Shown one piece after another: positions 1 to 9,831 of a stretch of DNA of 32,081 nt (the stretch's first letter is position 1; each line of letters begins with the position of its first letter). The stretch lies in the sequence record NZ_CP063125.1, one strand, 5' to 3'. The stretch comes from a plasmid. The notes beneath the pieces are model-generated. The model saw only the letters and a program-made list of their open reading frames with translations. It did not search any database and was not told the DNA's origin. A program made the position numbers and the translations under genes.

Positions 1-40
1 ACGGGATTTAATTAAAAGACCGAGCGGAGCTTTCCGCGTT

Positions 41-427
41 TTGAATCTCTACGAGCTTATAGATGAAGTTATGGCAGAAGCGCAAAATAAATCAAAGGTT
101 ATAAGTTTTCGTTTAACAGAAGAGCAATATAAACCTTTTGAAGAACTATTAAATAAAAGTGATAAAAAAGCCTCTGAATTTTTCAGGGAGTTATTTTTAT
201 CAAAACAAAAAGATGTAAATATTATTTTTAATGAATCTAAACCAGTAGATTATTATAACATTTTGCGCATAGTTAATAAATCAGGTAATAATTTAAATCA
301 GTTGGCACGTTCATTTAATTATGCGTTCAAATCAGGTCATATTTCAGAAGATTTATATAAAAAGGCAATAAATCTTTTGATAAATATACAGGGCTTACTG
401 AAGAATACATTGAAAGATGATAGTTAG
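41..427 (+). CDS. mobC: MobC-family relaxosome accessory protein (ribbon-helix-helix type). The reading frame is open back to base 2, so the gene may be 5'-truncated by the window or may start at the ATG at 71
   Basis: The IVNKSGNNLNQLARSFN motif matches the MobC family signature (G.NLNQ.AR). The small basic protein lies immediately upstream of and overlaps the relaxase gene. The ORF-track start is TTG. Confidence 0.7.
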   Translation: MNLYELIDEVMAEAQNKSKVISFRLTEEQYKPFEELLNKSDKKASEFFRELFLSKQKDVNIIFNESKPVDYYNILRIVNKSGNNLNQLARSFNYAFKSGHISEDLYKKAINLLINIQGLLKNTLKDDS

Positions 428-3400
428 ATACGGAGGGGGGAATAACGGCATTGCTGAATATCTTGAAAATGGTATGAAGCAAGGGCGAATGTTTTCCCGT
501 GATGAATTAGATCAGCGATTAGTTTTACAAGGCGATCTTGAATTTACTAATAACATTATTCAGTCAATTCAAGACAAAGGGCAAGAGCGTTATTTGCATA
601 TAACATTATCTTTCAAGGAAGATGAAGTAAGTTTTGAAAAAATGCAAAGCCTTGTTGATGATTATCGTAATTTATTATTATCTGCATATTCGGAAGATGA
701 ATATAATTTTTATGCAGAAGCGCATTTGCCAAAAATTAAACAGATTTCAGATAATAGAACGGGTGAATCTATTGAGCGAAAGCCTCATATTCATATTGTT
801 ATTCCCGAAGTCAATTTAGTTTCTCAAAAAAAACTTTCCCCCGTTGGATTGGTCGAGCTACACGAGCGTTATTTGGATTCAATTCAAGAGCATTTGAATT
901 ATAAATATAATCTTGAAAGTCCTAAAGATAACGTTAGAAAAGGTGATATGCACTATGCAAACGTACTTTCTAGGGTTAAAGGTGATTTTTTTGGACAAAA
1001 GCAGCAAGAGCTGAAATTACAGCTTATTGATGATATTGCTAAGGGCAAAATCAATACACTTGATGAATTTCAAGCAAGGCTTTCTGACGTGGGCGAGGTA
1101 AAAGTAAGAAATGCCGGCAAGTCTAATCAATATTTTGCCGTAAAAATTGGCGATGATAAAAAATTCACAAATTTAAATCACATCGCATTTTCGGAAAGTT
1201 TTATTGTGAATAAAACTTTACCTTATACAAAACCAACGCCGGAACAGGCTATAAAAGGCGTTCAGGAATGGCGAACTCGAGTTAGCCGCGAAGTGAAATT
1301 TATTCATTCTGCTGCGTCTAATTTTCGGAAAGAATATGCGCAAGCTACCGATTCACGGCGAGTAGAATTATTAAACGAGAGAGAAGAGCAATATGCAAGA
1401 AAATACCAACTTGAACAATCAAGACATTTTCAATCGAGAGGACGGGAGGGAAATTCTCAGCCCGACATTATTAGCAATCAAGGAGGAAAACCGCAAGCTG
1501 CTTCCAGATATGCCGTCGGCGTGCCAGGTCTGTCTATTGGCAATGTGGTTTACGGAGAAAACCAAAACCGCGACAGAACTCAAGGTATTTTGCCCGAAAA
1601 TGAATTCAATCATTTACGAAACGGGCAAACCAGTAACAATTCCGCTATGCGACGGAATGATTCAAGCGGAGCAAGCAATGCTGGAACAGCAAGACGAGGG
1701 GATCGGAGGGCTATTCAAAGCCTTGAATCAGGCAGCCGGGGAAAGATTAAAGGAAATTCGACGTACCGAGCAAATTCAAACGCCGGAGGAAGCAAGTTTT
1801 ATTCCGGAAATATCAGAGGAGCCAACATTCGAGGGCGATACAGTGATATTTCCCGACGAGGATATAGTGATTCCATAAATGCGCCAAAATCGCATTTTAT
1901 GCTTGTTTCACGCGGTTTACCGACACAAACCTATGACCGTACTATATTTAATCGTGATGAATACTATATTCCGATAAAAACACCATTTGAAGCATACGAG
2001 GAGGCATTACAGAAAAAGAGTAAACAAAGTTCCCGATTTAGTGAATCAAATTCTCTTTCTCAATTAGCCAAAAGTCAGAATGACGCGCGAGCTTATCAAT
2101 CTGATATTGAGAAATTTAGGGATATAAGGCAGAAAATCGATCCTAAAGCGTTTTTAAGCCATTTAGAGCGCGTTTATGCTATAAACCCTAATAAGTATAG
2201 CGTTAGCTATGCGAAAGACGGTAGCCCGCGTTTTCGCGTGAATAAACGCAATCTTAACGCATCAGATTTTCTAACCAAACATTTAAATCTTAGTTGGAAA
2301 GAGGCTAGTTCAGTTTTATTGTTGGTTTATTCAAAACAAACCAATAAACACATCAATCAAGAAAAACTCACTAGCCAACAAATAGCGCGGAACATCAAAG
2401 CCTTTGTATCTGAATCACGTCGATTTGAAAAAGATTTCAAATTAGCGCTTCAAAATATGAATGTTGAGAACCGCAATTTATATCGACTAGAAAAAAAACG
2501 GATTTACAGCCGTTTTACTAGCCAAAAAGTCCGTAACCAAGAACTTGCGATAGCCTCTTTCAGAGCTATGCAACGCCAGGAACAGATCACCGTTTTTGAG
2601 AGTGAAATAAATCAGTATTTAGATGACGCTAAAATTCACTTTCAGCAAAGCGGATATTCAGACACAGCATTAAGGAGTTTAGAAATGGGTCTTTTAAGCC
2701 AAAACGTAATGGATAGAGCCTCAAATTTATTTGGCTCAAATAGCGAAATGGGGCAAATTTCATCAGCCAAACAAGAGATTAGCTTTACTGAAAACTTTGC
2801 GCAAGTTCGCCGCGTTCAAAAAGAATTATTAAAAGAACAGCAAGCCCAACAAGCAGCAAGAGCTGCTGCTCAAGCCAAAACGGCACTTACTCAACAACAA
2901 GCAGAGCAAATACAGCAACAAACTCAATTTTTTAATCGTTCAATGGACGACGTGATGAAATTGAACAATATCGGTATTTCTAAACGTGAAAACGGCGATA
3001 TTGCCTATAAACGCTTAGAAGATGGTAAAACTCTGTTTACCGATACCGGTTCACAAATGTTAATTTCAAAAGATATGCAAAATCTGGAAAATGTAAAAGT
3101 TTTCCTCGAATTAGCCGTTGATCGATATGGCAATGATTTAAACGTTAAAGGGAGTAAAGAGTTTAAATCAATGGTAATTGAAGTTGCTGCGGCGAATAAT
3201 CTTCCTGTTACCTTCAAGAATGCCGAAATGCAAGATCAGTTAATGAAACGCCGTAATGAATTGAAACTTGAACAGAATGCCGGTGCGGTAACAAATGACG
3301 CTCAACAGGCTTTACCTGAAAAAGAAAATCTTCAAGCTAAAGCAGAGGAAGTTACCTCAATTAAACAGCCAATAGAAAATGACCTGACAAATTCTCAACC

Positions 3401-4277
3401 TGAAATAAAACCTCAAGAGGTTGCTCAAGAAAAAACTCAACTACAATCAGAACAAATCACAACTAATGATGTTCAAGAGCCGATATTGGAACAACAAACA
3501 AATGATATTGATGATCCTTTCGGAAATAATAAATTATCGGTTACAGAAAAAGTCCAGTATGACTTGAGAAATCTTAATGAATCGTATGAGAATTATCTAA
3601 ATAACGAAGTGGAAGACGGGCAATGGGATTATACAGACTATTCAACTATAAATAGTAGTGAAATTTATAATTCAGCCCTAGATGAAATTGATAGACAGAT
3701 CAAAGAAAACCCTGAATATGCTGCCGAGTTATATAAACAGACAAAAGGGGATATTAAATTTGAGCATTCGCTTTCTAAAGAATCAAGAAGTGTTCTGCTT
3801 GTTGAGAAAGCCTTTACTTATGTAAAAGATATGGCGAATAATCCAAATGAGGAAAATCGAATAAAAATTGTAGAGCAGCTACGCAACCCTGACTTTAAAC
3901 AAGCCTATGAAAAGGCTGAACAGCGTTATTTAGCTGAACGAGCTGCCTCAAATGGAAAACAATCCAATACTACCGAGCAAACAAAAACAGCAAAAATTTA
4001 CGATGTGAAATTTGAGTTCAAACGTAATGAAAAAACCGGTCAAGAATCATTTAAAATTAAAGTCAATGGCGTAACACCGGCGACAGCAATTAAAAATGAT
4101 CCTCAAGCATTAGAAGTACTGAAAAACCACCCTGATTTGAAAGGTATTTCTGATACTCAAATTAAAAAAGGCTTTATCAACGATAACGGGGGATTGCGTC
4201 CTATGGATATGAAATTAGACGCCACAGGTAAAGAAATTCAAGCCGAGAAAGCCAAAGAACAAGGATTTGAGCGGTAA
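417..4277 (+). CDS. Conjugative relaxase of the MOBP (RP4 TraI-like) family with a very long Q/A/E-rich C-terminal extension (1286 aa)
   Basis: The N-terminus MIVRYGG...AEYLENG resembles RP4 TraI MIAKHV...VKYITDE with a catalytic Tyr candidate. ERYLHITLSF resembles the TraI YHLLVSF motif. KPHIHIVIPEVN is an HxHxxxN-like His motif. The start is coupled to the mobC stop, and the ORF runs uninterrupted for 3.86 kb. Confidence 0.8.
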   Translation: MIVRYGGGNNGIAEYLENGMKQGRMFSRDELDQRLVLQGDLEFTNNIIQSIQDKGQERYLHITLSFKEDEVSFEKMQSLVDDYRNLLLSAYSEDEYNFYAEAHLPKIKQISDNRTGESIERKPHIHIVIPEVNLVSQKKLSPVGLVELHERYLDSIQEHLNYKYNLESPKDNVRKGDMHYANVLSRVKGDFFGQKQQELKLQLIDDIAKGKINTLDEFQARLSDVGEVKVRNAGKSNQYFAVKIGDDKKFTNLNHIAFSESFIVNKTLPYTKPTPEQAIKGVQEWRTRVSREVKFIHSAASNFRKEYAQATDSRRVELLNEREEQYARKYQLEQSRHFQSRGREGNSQPDIISNQGGKPQAASRYAVGVPGLSIGNVVYGENQNRDRTQGILPENEFNHLRNGQTSNNSAMRRNDSSGASNAGTARRGDRRAIQSLESGSRGKIKGNSTYRANSNAGGSKFYSGNIRGANIRGRYSDISRRGYSDSINAPKSHFMLVSRGLPTQTYDRTIFNRDEYYIPIKTPFEAYEEALQKKSKQSSRFSESNSLSQLAKSQNDARAYQSDIEKFRDIRQKIDPKAFLSHLERVYAINPNKYSVSYAKDGSPRFRVNKRNLNASDFLTKHLNLSWKEASSVLLLVYSKQTNKHINQEKLTSQQIARNIKAFVSESRRFEKDFKLALQNMNVENRNLYRLEKKRIYSRFTSQKVRNQELAIASFRAMQRQEQITVFESEINQYLDDAKIHFQQSGYSDTALRSLEMGLLSQNVMDRASNLFGSNSEMGQISSAKQEISFTENFAQVRRVQKELLKEQQAQQAARAAAQAKTALTQQQAEQIQQQTQFFNRSMDDVMKLNNIGISKRENGDIAYKRLEDGKTLFTDTGSQMLISKDMQNLENVKVFLELAVDRYGNDLNVKGSKEFKSMVIEVAAANNLPVTFKNAEMQDQLMKRRNELKLEQNAGAVTNDAQQALPEKENLQAKAEEVTSIKQPIENDLTNSQPEIKPQEVAQEKTQLQSEQITTNDVQEPILEQQTNDIDDPFGNNKLSVTEKVQYDLRNLNESYENYLNNEVEDGQWDYTDYSTINSSEIYNSALDEIDRQIKENPEYAAELYKQTKGDIKFEHSLSKESRSVLLVEKAFTYVKDMANNPNEENRIKIVEQLRNPDFKQAYEKAEQRYLAERAASNGKQSNTTEQTKTAKIYDVKFEFKRNEKTGQESFKIKVNGVTPATAIKNDPQALEVLKNHPDLKGISDTQIKKGFINDNGGLRPMDMKLDATGKEIQAEKAKEQGFER

Positions 4278-4285
4278 TGTAAAAA

Positions 4286-4304
4286 AGCCGGCATTTAGCC
4301 GGCT
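4286..4304. terminator. Bidirectional rho-independent terminator between the convergent relaxase and topB
   Basis: The hairpin is AGCCGGC-attta-GCCGGCT, flanked by an A-run on the left and a T-rich stretch on the right. Confidence 0.6.
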
Positions 4305-4339
4305 TTCTTCTGCCTATTTGTTAGACGGAGGACGGCAGT

Positions 4340-6604
4340 TTATTTTTTTGATTTATCAAACTCAAATGTAACTTTTTTTTCTTTCGTTAAGGCTAATTTA
4401 GCCTCAAAGGCGTTGCCCGTTTTAGGGCTGATAAAGCCTTTAATTTTACCTGTTTTTCCTTTAGTTAATAAGGCTAAAATTTGTGTATCAGTCAATTCTT
4501 TTTGTGCAATAGTACGCCATAAAGTAAAGCCACATTCGCACGAAATCGCTTTACTGTTTACCCTAAATTGACCGTGGCAATAAGGGCATTGAGGTACAGG
4601 CACGTTACCTAATGCAGCAACAAATGTTTTACAGTTTGGATAATTTGAGCAACAAAAAAACATATTGCCTGATTCTTTCGCACGACGTAATACCATCACG
4701 CCGCTTTTACACACTTTGCATTTTTCCCCTTTTAGCTCAAGTTTGATATTTGAGGATAATTCAACTTGCTCTTTGATAAATTTTTCTATGCCGTCCAAAA
4801 ATTCATCAACACTTAATTTTCCTTGCTCGATGTCGAGTTGTTGTTCAAACCAAAGTGCGGTAGTGTCCGGTACAGTAATGATTTTCGGTAAGGCTTTAAT
4901 AAAATCATATCCCTTTTGTGTTGGTACAATTTTTTTACTCTGATAAGCTATAAATTCCCGTTCAAAAAGATTTTTAATAATACCCGAACGTGTCGCCGGT
5001 GTTCCTATTCCGCCGTTTTCTCCCTCTCTACCTTTATCTTTTTCAATCAAGATTTTTCGTAATGTTGGGTTTTCAACGTATTTTGCAACGCGTTGTAAAT
5101 CTCTCAATAATGTTGCGTCAGTATAAAGTGGAAGTGGCTTTGTTTTCTCTTTTTGTACGTTGATATTTTCACAATTTCCAGGGGTATTTGATTGTAATTG
5201 TGATAGCAATAAAAATTGTGAATGATCTTCATTTTCGCCGGAATCGTCTGGCACTAATTTAGACCAACCGTAATCGGTTATTTTGCTTGCTGTGGTTTTG
5301 AATTCATACTCATTACATAAAATTGTAACCGCTGCAAAATCAAATTTTTTCTCCGGTAAAAATTGGATCAAATACTGTTGCACAATTTCAAGGTAAATTT
5401 TTCTTTCCTTGTCTGTCATATTCTCAAGTGAAAAATCAGATTTTCCGGAAACTACTGGAATAATCCCCGTATGCGCACTCACTTTTTTATCATTAAATGC
5501 ACGGCTTTTTTGTGTCCTATCTGCGTTATTAAACGGCAAATCAGGAATATGTTTAGCGAGAAAATCAAGTGTTTTCGGTGCTTCTTCAAATTGTTCTGTT
5601 GTCAAATAGCGGCAATCAGAACGGTTGTAAGTTATGGCGCGGTGTTTTTCGCGTAAACTTTGCGTAATGTTAAGTGTTTCATCAGCCGAAAATCCGTATT
5701 TTTCATTTGCTTTAGCCTGCAAATCGAGTAAGGCAAAAGGGAGGGGCGCAAGTGTTTTTCTTGCTTCAACTGTGCTATTTAGAATAGTTGCAGATTGGTT
5801 TTTGCACGCAGCAATAATGCTTTTTACTACCGATTCATCAGTAATTCGTTTTTCTTTTTTGTCTTCATCATCATCTTGAACGCTTACTTTATCGTTAATC
5901 ACTAACTTAGCATTCAGTTTTTTTGCTTGAAAAATAAAATCACCGCTAAGGTTATAATAGTAACTCTCTTTATGTGTTTTATTAGCTTCCCAACGGCGAA
6001 CAATGAGACCTAATACAGGTGTTTGTACTCTCCCCACGCTATAAACGCTCTGAATCCCTTTTTTACGGGCGGCAAGCGTATAAGCGCGAGTTAGGTTCAG
6101 ACCAAATAAATAGTCCGCCTGTGAGCGCGCTAAGGCTTTTTTGTACATACCTTGAAAGTCGGCGTTATCTCTTAAATCTTGCATTGCTTTTTTTGCTGCT
6201 TCAACATTTAAATCGTTTAATAATAGACGTTTTACCTTGCCTTTATAGTGAGTATATTCAAGAATCTCTTGAATTAAGAGCTGACCTTCATCATCAGGAT
6301 CGCCGGCATTAACTACGCTGTCCGCTTTACTCAAAAGCGATTCCACAATTTTGAATTGCTCTTCCTTATCCGGTGATGGTTTTAGTTGAAGTGGGCGAAC
6401 TTTTAACGGTAAATCTTCCTCTTGCCATTTTTCATAGTTAGGATTGATTTCTCCAGGTTTTTTTATTTCCAAAATATGACCTACTGCCCAGGTAACACAA
6501 TAATCATATTTACATTCAATATAGCCATTTTTACGGCTAATAATTCCAATAGCTTCAGCGATGATTGCGCCTAGTTGAGGTTTTTCTGCGATAACTAATT
6601 TCAT
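4340..6604 (-). CDS. topB: DNA topoisomerase III (type IA), the TraE-like topoisomerase of IncP-type transfer regions
   Basis: The N-terminus MKLVIAEKP carries a TOPRIM motif. The protein is 754 aa with C-terminal Cys-x2-Cys zinc-ribbon repeats (CKVCKSG, CCSNYPNC, CPYCHG, CECG). The start has an AGGAAG SD. Confidence 0.9.
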   Translation of the reverse strand: MKLVIAEKPQLGAIIAEAIGIISRKNGYIECKYDYCVTWAVGHILEIKKPGEINPNYEKWQEEDLPLKVRPLQLKPSPDKEEQFKIVESLLSKADSVVNAGDPDDEGQLLIQEILEYTHYKGKVKRLLLNDLNVEAAKKAMQDLRDNADFQGMYKKALARSQADYLFGLNLTRAYTLAARKKGIQSVYSVGRVQTPVLGLIVRRWEANKTHKESYYYNLSGDFIFQAKKLNAKLVINDKVSVQDDDEDKKEKRITDESVVKSIIAACKNQSATILNSTVEARKTLAPLPFALLDLQAKANEKYGFSADETLNITQSLREKHRAITYNRSDCRYLTTEQFEEAPKTLDFLAKHIPDLPFNNADRTQKSRAFNDKKVSAHTGIIPVVSGKSDFSLENMTDKERKIYLEIVQQYLIQFLPEKKFDFAAVTILCNEYEFKTTASKITDYGWSKLVPDDSGENEDHSQFLLLSQLQSNTPGNCENINVQKEKTKPLPLYTDATLLRDLQRVAKYVENPTLRKILIEKDKGREGENGGIGTPATRSGIIKNLFEREFIAYQSKKIVPTQKGYDFIKALPKIITVPDTTALWFEQQLDIEQGKLSVDEFLDGIEKFIKEQVELSSNIKLELKGEKCKVCKSGVMVLRRAKESGNMFFCCSNYPNCKTFVAALGNVPVPQCPYCHGQFRVNSKAISCECGFTLWRTIAQKELTDTQILALLTKGKTGKIKGFISPKTGNAFEAKLALTKEKKVTFEFDKSKK

Positions 6605-6620
6605 TCTTGTCTTCCTAAAA

Positions 6621-6650
6621 AAAAGCCCGAATCAATCGGGCTTATTTATT
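6621..6650 (-). terminator. Rho-independent terminator after ssb that directly abuts the topB SD and ATG, so it could act as an attenuator
   Basis: On the minus strand the hairpin AGCCCGA-ttgat-TCGGGCT is followed by an 8-T run, and then immediately by AGGAAGacaagaATG of topB. Confidence 0.7.
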
Positions 6651-6653
6651 AAC

Positions 6654-7070
6654 TCAAAAAGGTATATTCTGATCTTGATAGCCATCAAATGCCGGCGGTT
6701 CGTCATTTTGAGGTTGAGAAGCCATTTTTGAGCCAGACTTATCAAGTAAAATGACTTTTTCAGCAAGCACATAATAGCCATAATGTTTTACGCCGTTTTT
6801 ATCTTCGTAATTGTTGTTTTTGAGCTGACCGATGATCTCGATTCTATGCCCTTTATCAACATAGTTTTCAATCGTTTTGGCGATGTTGTTATAAGCGCGG
6901 ACTTTATGCCAATCAACCACTTCAACATATTCATCTTTGCCTTTCGGTTTATAGCTATATGTTGTTGCGAGTGATAATTCAGCAACTAAGCCACCGTCTT
7001 GAAACGCACGGATTTCCGGCTTTTTACCTACGTTACCTAGTAAAATAACTTGATTTAATGAAATAGCCAT
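6654..7070 (-). CDS. ssb: Single-stranded DNA-binding protein
   Basis: The start has an AAGGAG SD. The protein has an OB-fold N-terminal domain (MAISLNQVILLGNVGKKPEIR). The C-terminus has a Gln/Pro-rich tail ending in the acidic DQNIPF tip typical of SSB. Confidence 0.9.
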   Translation of the reverse strand: MAISLNQVILLGNVGKKPEIRAFQDGGLVAELSLATTYSYKPKGKDEYVEVVDWHKVRAYNNIAKTIENYVDKGHRIEIIGQLKNNNYEDKNGVKHYGYYVLAEKVILLDKSGSKMASQPQNDEPPAFDGYQDQNIPF

Positions 7071-7080
7071 TTTTTACTCC

Positions 7081-8004
7081 TTATTTAATCCAATATACGC
7101 CGCTTTTCTCTTCACGGGCTTTTTCTTCGGCTGAAACAGTACGGTTATAGATTTCATTAAAACGTTTTAATTCTGTTTCGACCGCTTTTTTATCAGTATT
7201 CTCGGCGGATTTTGAGTTCATTTGATAAATCACATTGCCGCTTGTATCTGTTAGCGTCATTTTAGCTTTAGAATCAAACATTGTATTTGCTAAACACAAT
7301 GAGAACCCGCCTGATTGTCCGGTGGTGAAATTAGCGGTTTCTTTGATTGAGCTGCCTAGGCGCGAAAAAGTAATTTTATAATTACTATTCGGGGGTAAAT
7401 ACTCGGAACCCGCCCAATGTACACATCTTTTCGAACTATCTAGCGTTAATCCACCTTTTCTGCCGTTTTCAAAGACGGTTGAACCATCTCCCCAACCCTC
7501 GTGATTTATGGCTGATTTTGGAGATTCTTGAGGCGTTTCAGTGGTATTTATATTCATTGCTTCCATTGCCTCTTTATGTTTCTCGGTCGCTTCATCAATC
7601 GCTTTTTGATATTCCTTATCGTAACCTTGAGCAATAAGATTGTTTGTATCTTTGTCTAAGCATTTATCAAGTCGTCTTAATAAACCTCGATCACACGCAC
7701 TACGGCTATTTGCGATTTTGTCGATATTGACATCATTTGACGCGGGGCAAAGTTTCAAAAAGTTTTTTCTTTTGGTAACAGTCTGGTGCCATTTTTTGGC
7801 GCGTAAACTGTAATACTTTTTAAGCGACGCGGCGCATTCACTCGGGCGCGAGCTGCTAGATAAACACAATATCGCTTCACAAGCTAAACGAGTATCGCCT
7901 GTTAAAATATCATCAGCACCTCGAGGCTGAATGTCTTGAGCAAAAGCATTTGAGGCGGCGAAAAGTGCGGCAACAATACTTAATTTTTTCATTGTCTTTT
8001 TCAT
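7081..8004 (-). CDS. Secreted/periplasmic protein of unknown function (307 aa), co-transcribed with the T4SS
   Basis: The start has a GAGGA SD. The N-terminal signal peptide is MKKTMKKLSIVAALFAASNAFA. The protein is Cys-rich with no recognisable family. It sits between virD4 and ssb in the operon. Confidence 0.55.
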   Translation of the reverse strand: MKKTMKKLSIVAALFAASNAFAQDIQPRGADDILTGDTRLACEAILCLSSSSRPSECAASLKKYYSLRAKKWHQTVTKRKNFLKLCPASNDVNIDKIANSRSACDRGLLRRLDKCLDKDTNNLIAQGYDKEYQKAIDEATEKHKEAMEAMNINTTETPQESPKSAINHEGWGDGSTVFENGRKGGLTLDSSKRCVHWAGSEYLPPNSNYKITFSRLGSSIKETANFTTGQSGGFSLCLANTMFDSKAKMTLTDTSGNVIYQMNSKSAENTDKKAVETELKRFNEIYNRTVSAEEKAREEKSGVYWIK

Positions 8005-9831
8005 TTAATTTTCCTCGGTTGTGTTTGTAGGTTGTGGGGTGGTTAAATCAAATTTCATTTCCGGAATTGCCGGGATATGCTCTAGTGAAAATTCTTTGCG
8101 TTCATTCAAAACAGGTTCATCGAAGTAAATAATTTTATCTGCAATAAATGGACGCACTTTTTCCATTAGAACGATTTCTTTGAGAGCTACGCCTTTATGC
8201 TTTTCCGCTCCTAATTCAACAATTTCTTGCGGTAACATTAAAGGTCTTGGATCTTCTTTAGGGCTAACGCTACGACTACGTTTACCATCTGAATAGGTAT
8301 AGCTCGTTTGTTTGCGTTTTACCGTCTTGTTACCTAACGTTTCACTAATTCTTTTCGTTTGTTCATCAACCTCTTTAGGGGGATAAATGAGCTGCACGGC
8401 ACAGTTCTTACGGATATTATTTGCACGTTCTTTACCGTATATTGCTTCAATTTGCGAATGATCTTGCACAATAAGCAAATAACGGACACCATAACCGGCA
8501 GTAAAGCCTATTGCGTCGGCAAGAATGTTTACCTCTTTTAACGCTGGAAATTCATCAAGGACTAATAAAACTTGATATTTCAAATCTGGGGCATTTTTAC
8601 CCGGTAAAACTTGAGTATTTGCCATAATCAACTGGGAAAAGAACAGGTTAATCAATTTAGAATAGGTTATTAAACCGTTTGGCGTTAAACCGACGTAGAT
8701 TGACATTCTCTTTTTGCGTAAATCTGCAAAATCAAAATCGTTGCCACTCATAGCCGCGCGGCACGTCGGGTTATTGTAAAGGTTCATTTCTGCATAAAAG
8801 CTCATTAAAACAGATTGCTGACCTTTATCGTGCAATTTGATGAATTTATTAAATTCAGCAAGACACGCTTCTGATAATTTCAATCGATTATCTTCGTGGT
8901 CTTGAATTGCACGATTCATTACACCTAAATAACCACCTTTTAAGCCTCCTAGCTCAACTAATTTTGCAAAAGTCGGCGTTTCAACGTTTAAACCTTTTGC
9001 TTTTTGATGGGCTTCTACGTCCATTAGATAAGCAGTCATACCGCAAGCAAAGTTAGCTGCTAAATCATTCCAAGGGTCGCCAGGTTTTGATGGAAATATA
9101 CTTGCAAAAATGCGGCGTATATCGCCATCTCTATAGCGTGGATCACGTCTCACATAGTACAATGGATTGTAGCGGTGAGTAAGTAATTTGCCGTCTTTTT
9201 CGTAGCCGTCCGGGGAGAATAAAAAGACTTCTTGTCCTTGTTGTTCTCTGAAACCGGCAGAAAATTCAAAGTTTTCAAACTTAATATCAACAACAACTAT
9301 GCTATCTTCGTAAGTCAAAAGGTTGGGAATTACGATACCAACCCCTTTACCTGAACGCGTTGGCGCGGCTAAATAAATAAATTGTTGTCCGGAAAAATAC
9401 ATAAACTGGTTTTTGTATTTTCCGATCAATACGGACGGATAAGCATTTTTCTTACGTTCTTTTGCCGTTGCAAGTAAGCCCGACTTTTTAATTTCAAGAT
9501 CTGTTGCAAAACGAGCTGAACCGTGTAACTCTTCTTTACCTCTTAGCCCAATAAGGATAATAACGGCAAAAAGGAGCGGAAAAATAGCAACGAATACACC
9601 GGCAGCACAAGCAGCAATTATTTTAATTTTTGAAAATGCCGGGATATTAGGCATTTCTAAGTAAGGCGTAAGCTCAAAAATAGTTTTTAGTGTTGGCTCT
9701 GCGGTTATATCTAACCACATATACGCTAATTTTCCGGCGATATAGCTTCCTAAAAATGCCATTCCGAAACATAAAAGAAGTGCTACGCCTAAAATCGCAA
9801 ATACTTGCTTTTTACTAATTGAATTAACCAT
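8005..9831 (-). CDS. virD4: Type IV coupling protein (VirD4/TraG family)
   Basis: An N-terminal TM pair is followed by the Walker A motif APTRSGKGVGIVIPNLL, and Walker B is VLLVLDEF. The protein is about 608 aa. The start is set at ATG 9831 (GGAG SD; overlaps the virB11 stop); the ORF-track start at 9861 is a TTG. Confidence 0.85.
   Translation of the reverse strand: MVNSISKKQVFAILGVALLLCFGMAFLGSYIAGKLAYMWLDITAEPTLKTIFELTPYLEMPNIPAFSKIKIIAACAAGVFVAIFPLLFAVIILIGLRGKEELHGSARFATDLEIKKSGLLATAKERKKNAYPSVLIGKYKNQFMYFSGQQFIYLAAPTRSGKGVGIVIPNLLTYEDSIVVVDIKFENFEFSAGFREQQGQEVFLFSPDGYEKDGKLLTHRYNPLYYVRRDPRYRDGDIRRIFASIFPSKPGDPWNDLAANFACGMTAYLMDVEAHQKAKGLNVETPTFAKLVELGGLKGGYLGVMNRAIQDHEDNRLKLSEACLAEFNKFIKLHDKGQQSVLMSFYAEMNLYNNPTCRAAMSGNDFDFADLRKKRMSIYVGLTPNGLITYSKLINLFFSQLIMANTQVLPGKNAPDLKYQVLLVLDEFPALKEVNILADAIGFTAGYGVRYLLIVQDHSQIEAIYGKERANNIRKNCAVQLIYPPKEVDEQTKRISETLGNKTVKRKQTSYTYSDGKRSRSVSPKEDPRPLMLPQEIVELGAEKHKGVALKEIVLMEKVRPFIADKIIYFDEPVLNERKEFSLEHIPAIPEMKFDLTTPQPTNTTEEN

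Noticed and set aside
634-3217. Small ORFs inside the relaxase gene (634-819 +, 1419-1613 -, 3005-3217 -).
   Set aside because: They are short, have no SD and lie inside a continuous 1286-aa ORF. Only the 161-codon 1393-1878 frame is statistically unusual, and that one is kept as a finding.
4665-6312. Five plus-strand ORFs of 61-97 aa lie antisense inside topB (4665-4943, 5409-5609, 5471-5656, 5634-5879, 6019-6312).
   Set aside because: They are on the opposite strand of a well-supported 754-aa topoisomerase gene. They have no SD, overlap each other, and have Cys/Phe/Ser-rich composition typical of antisense noise.
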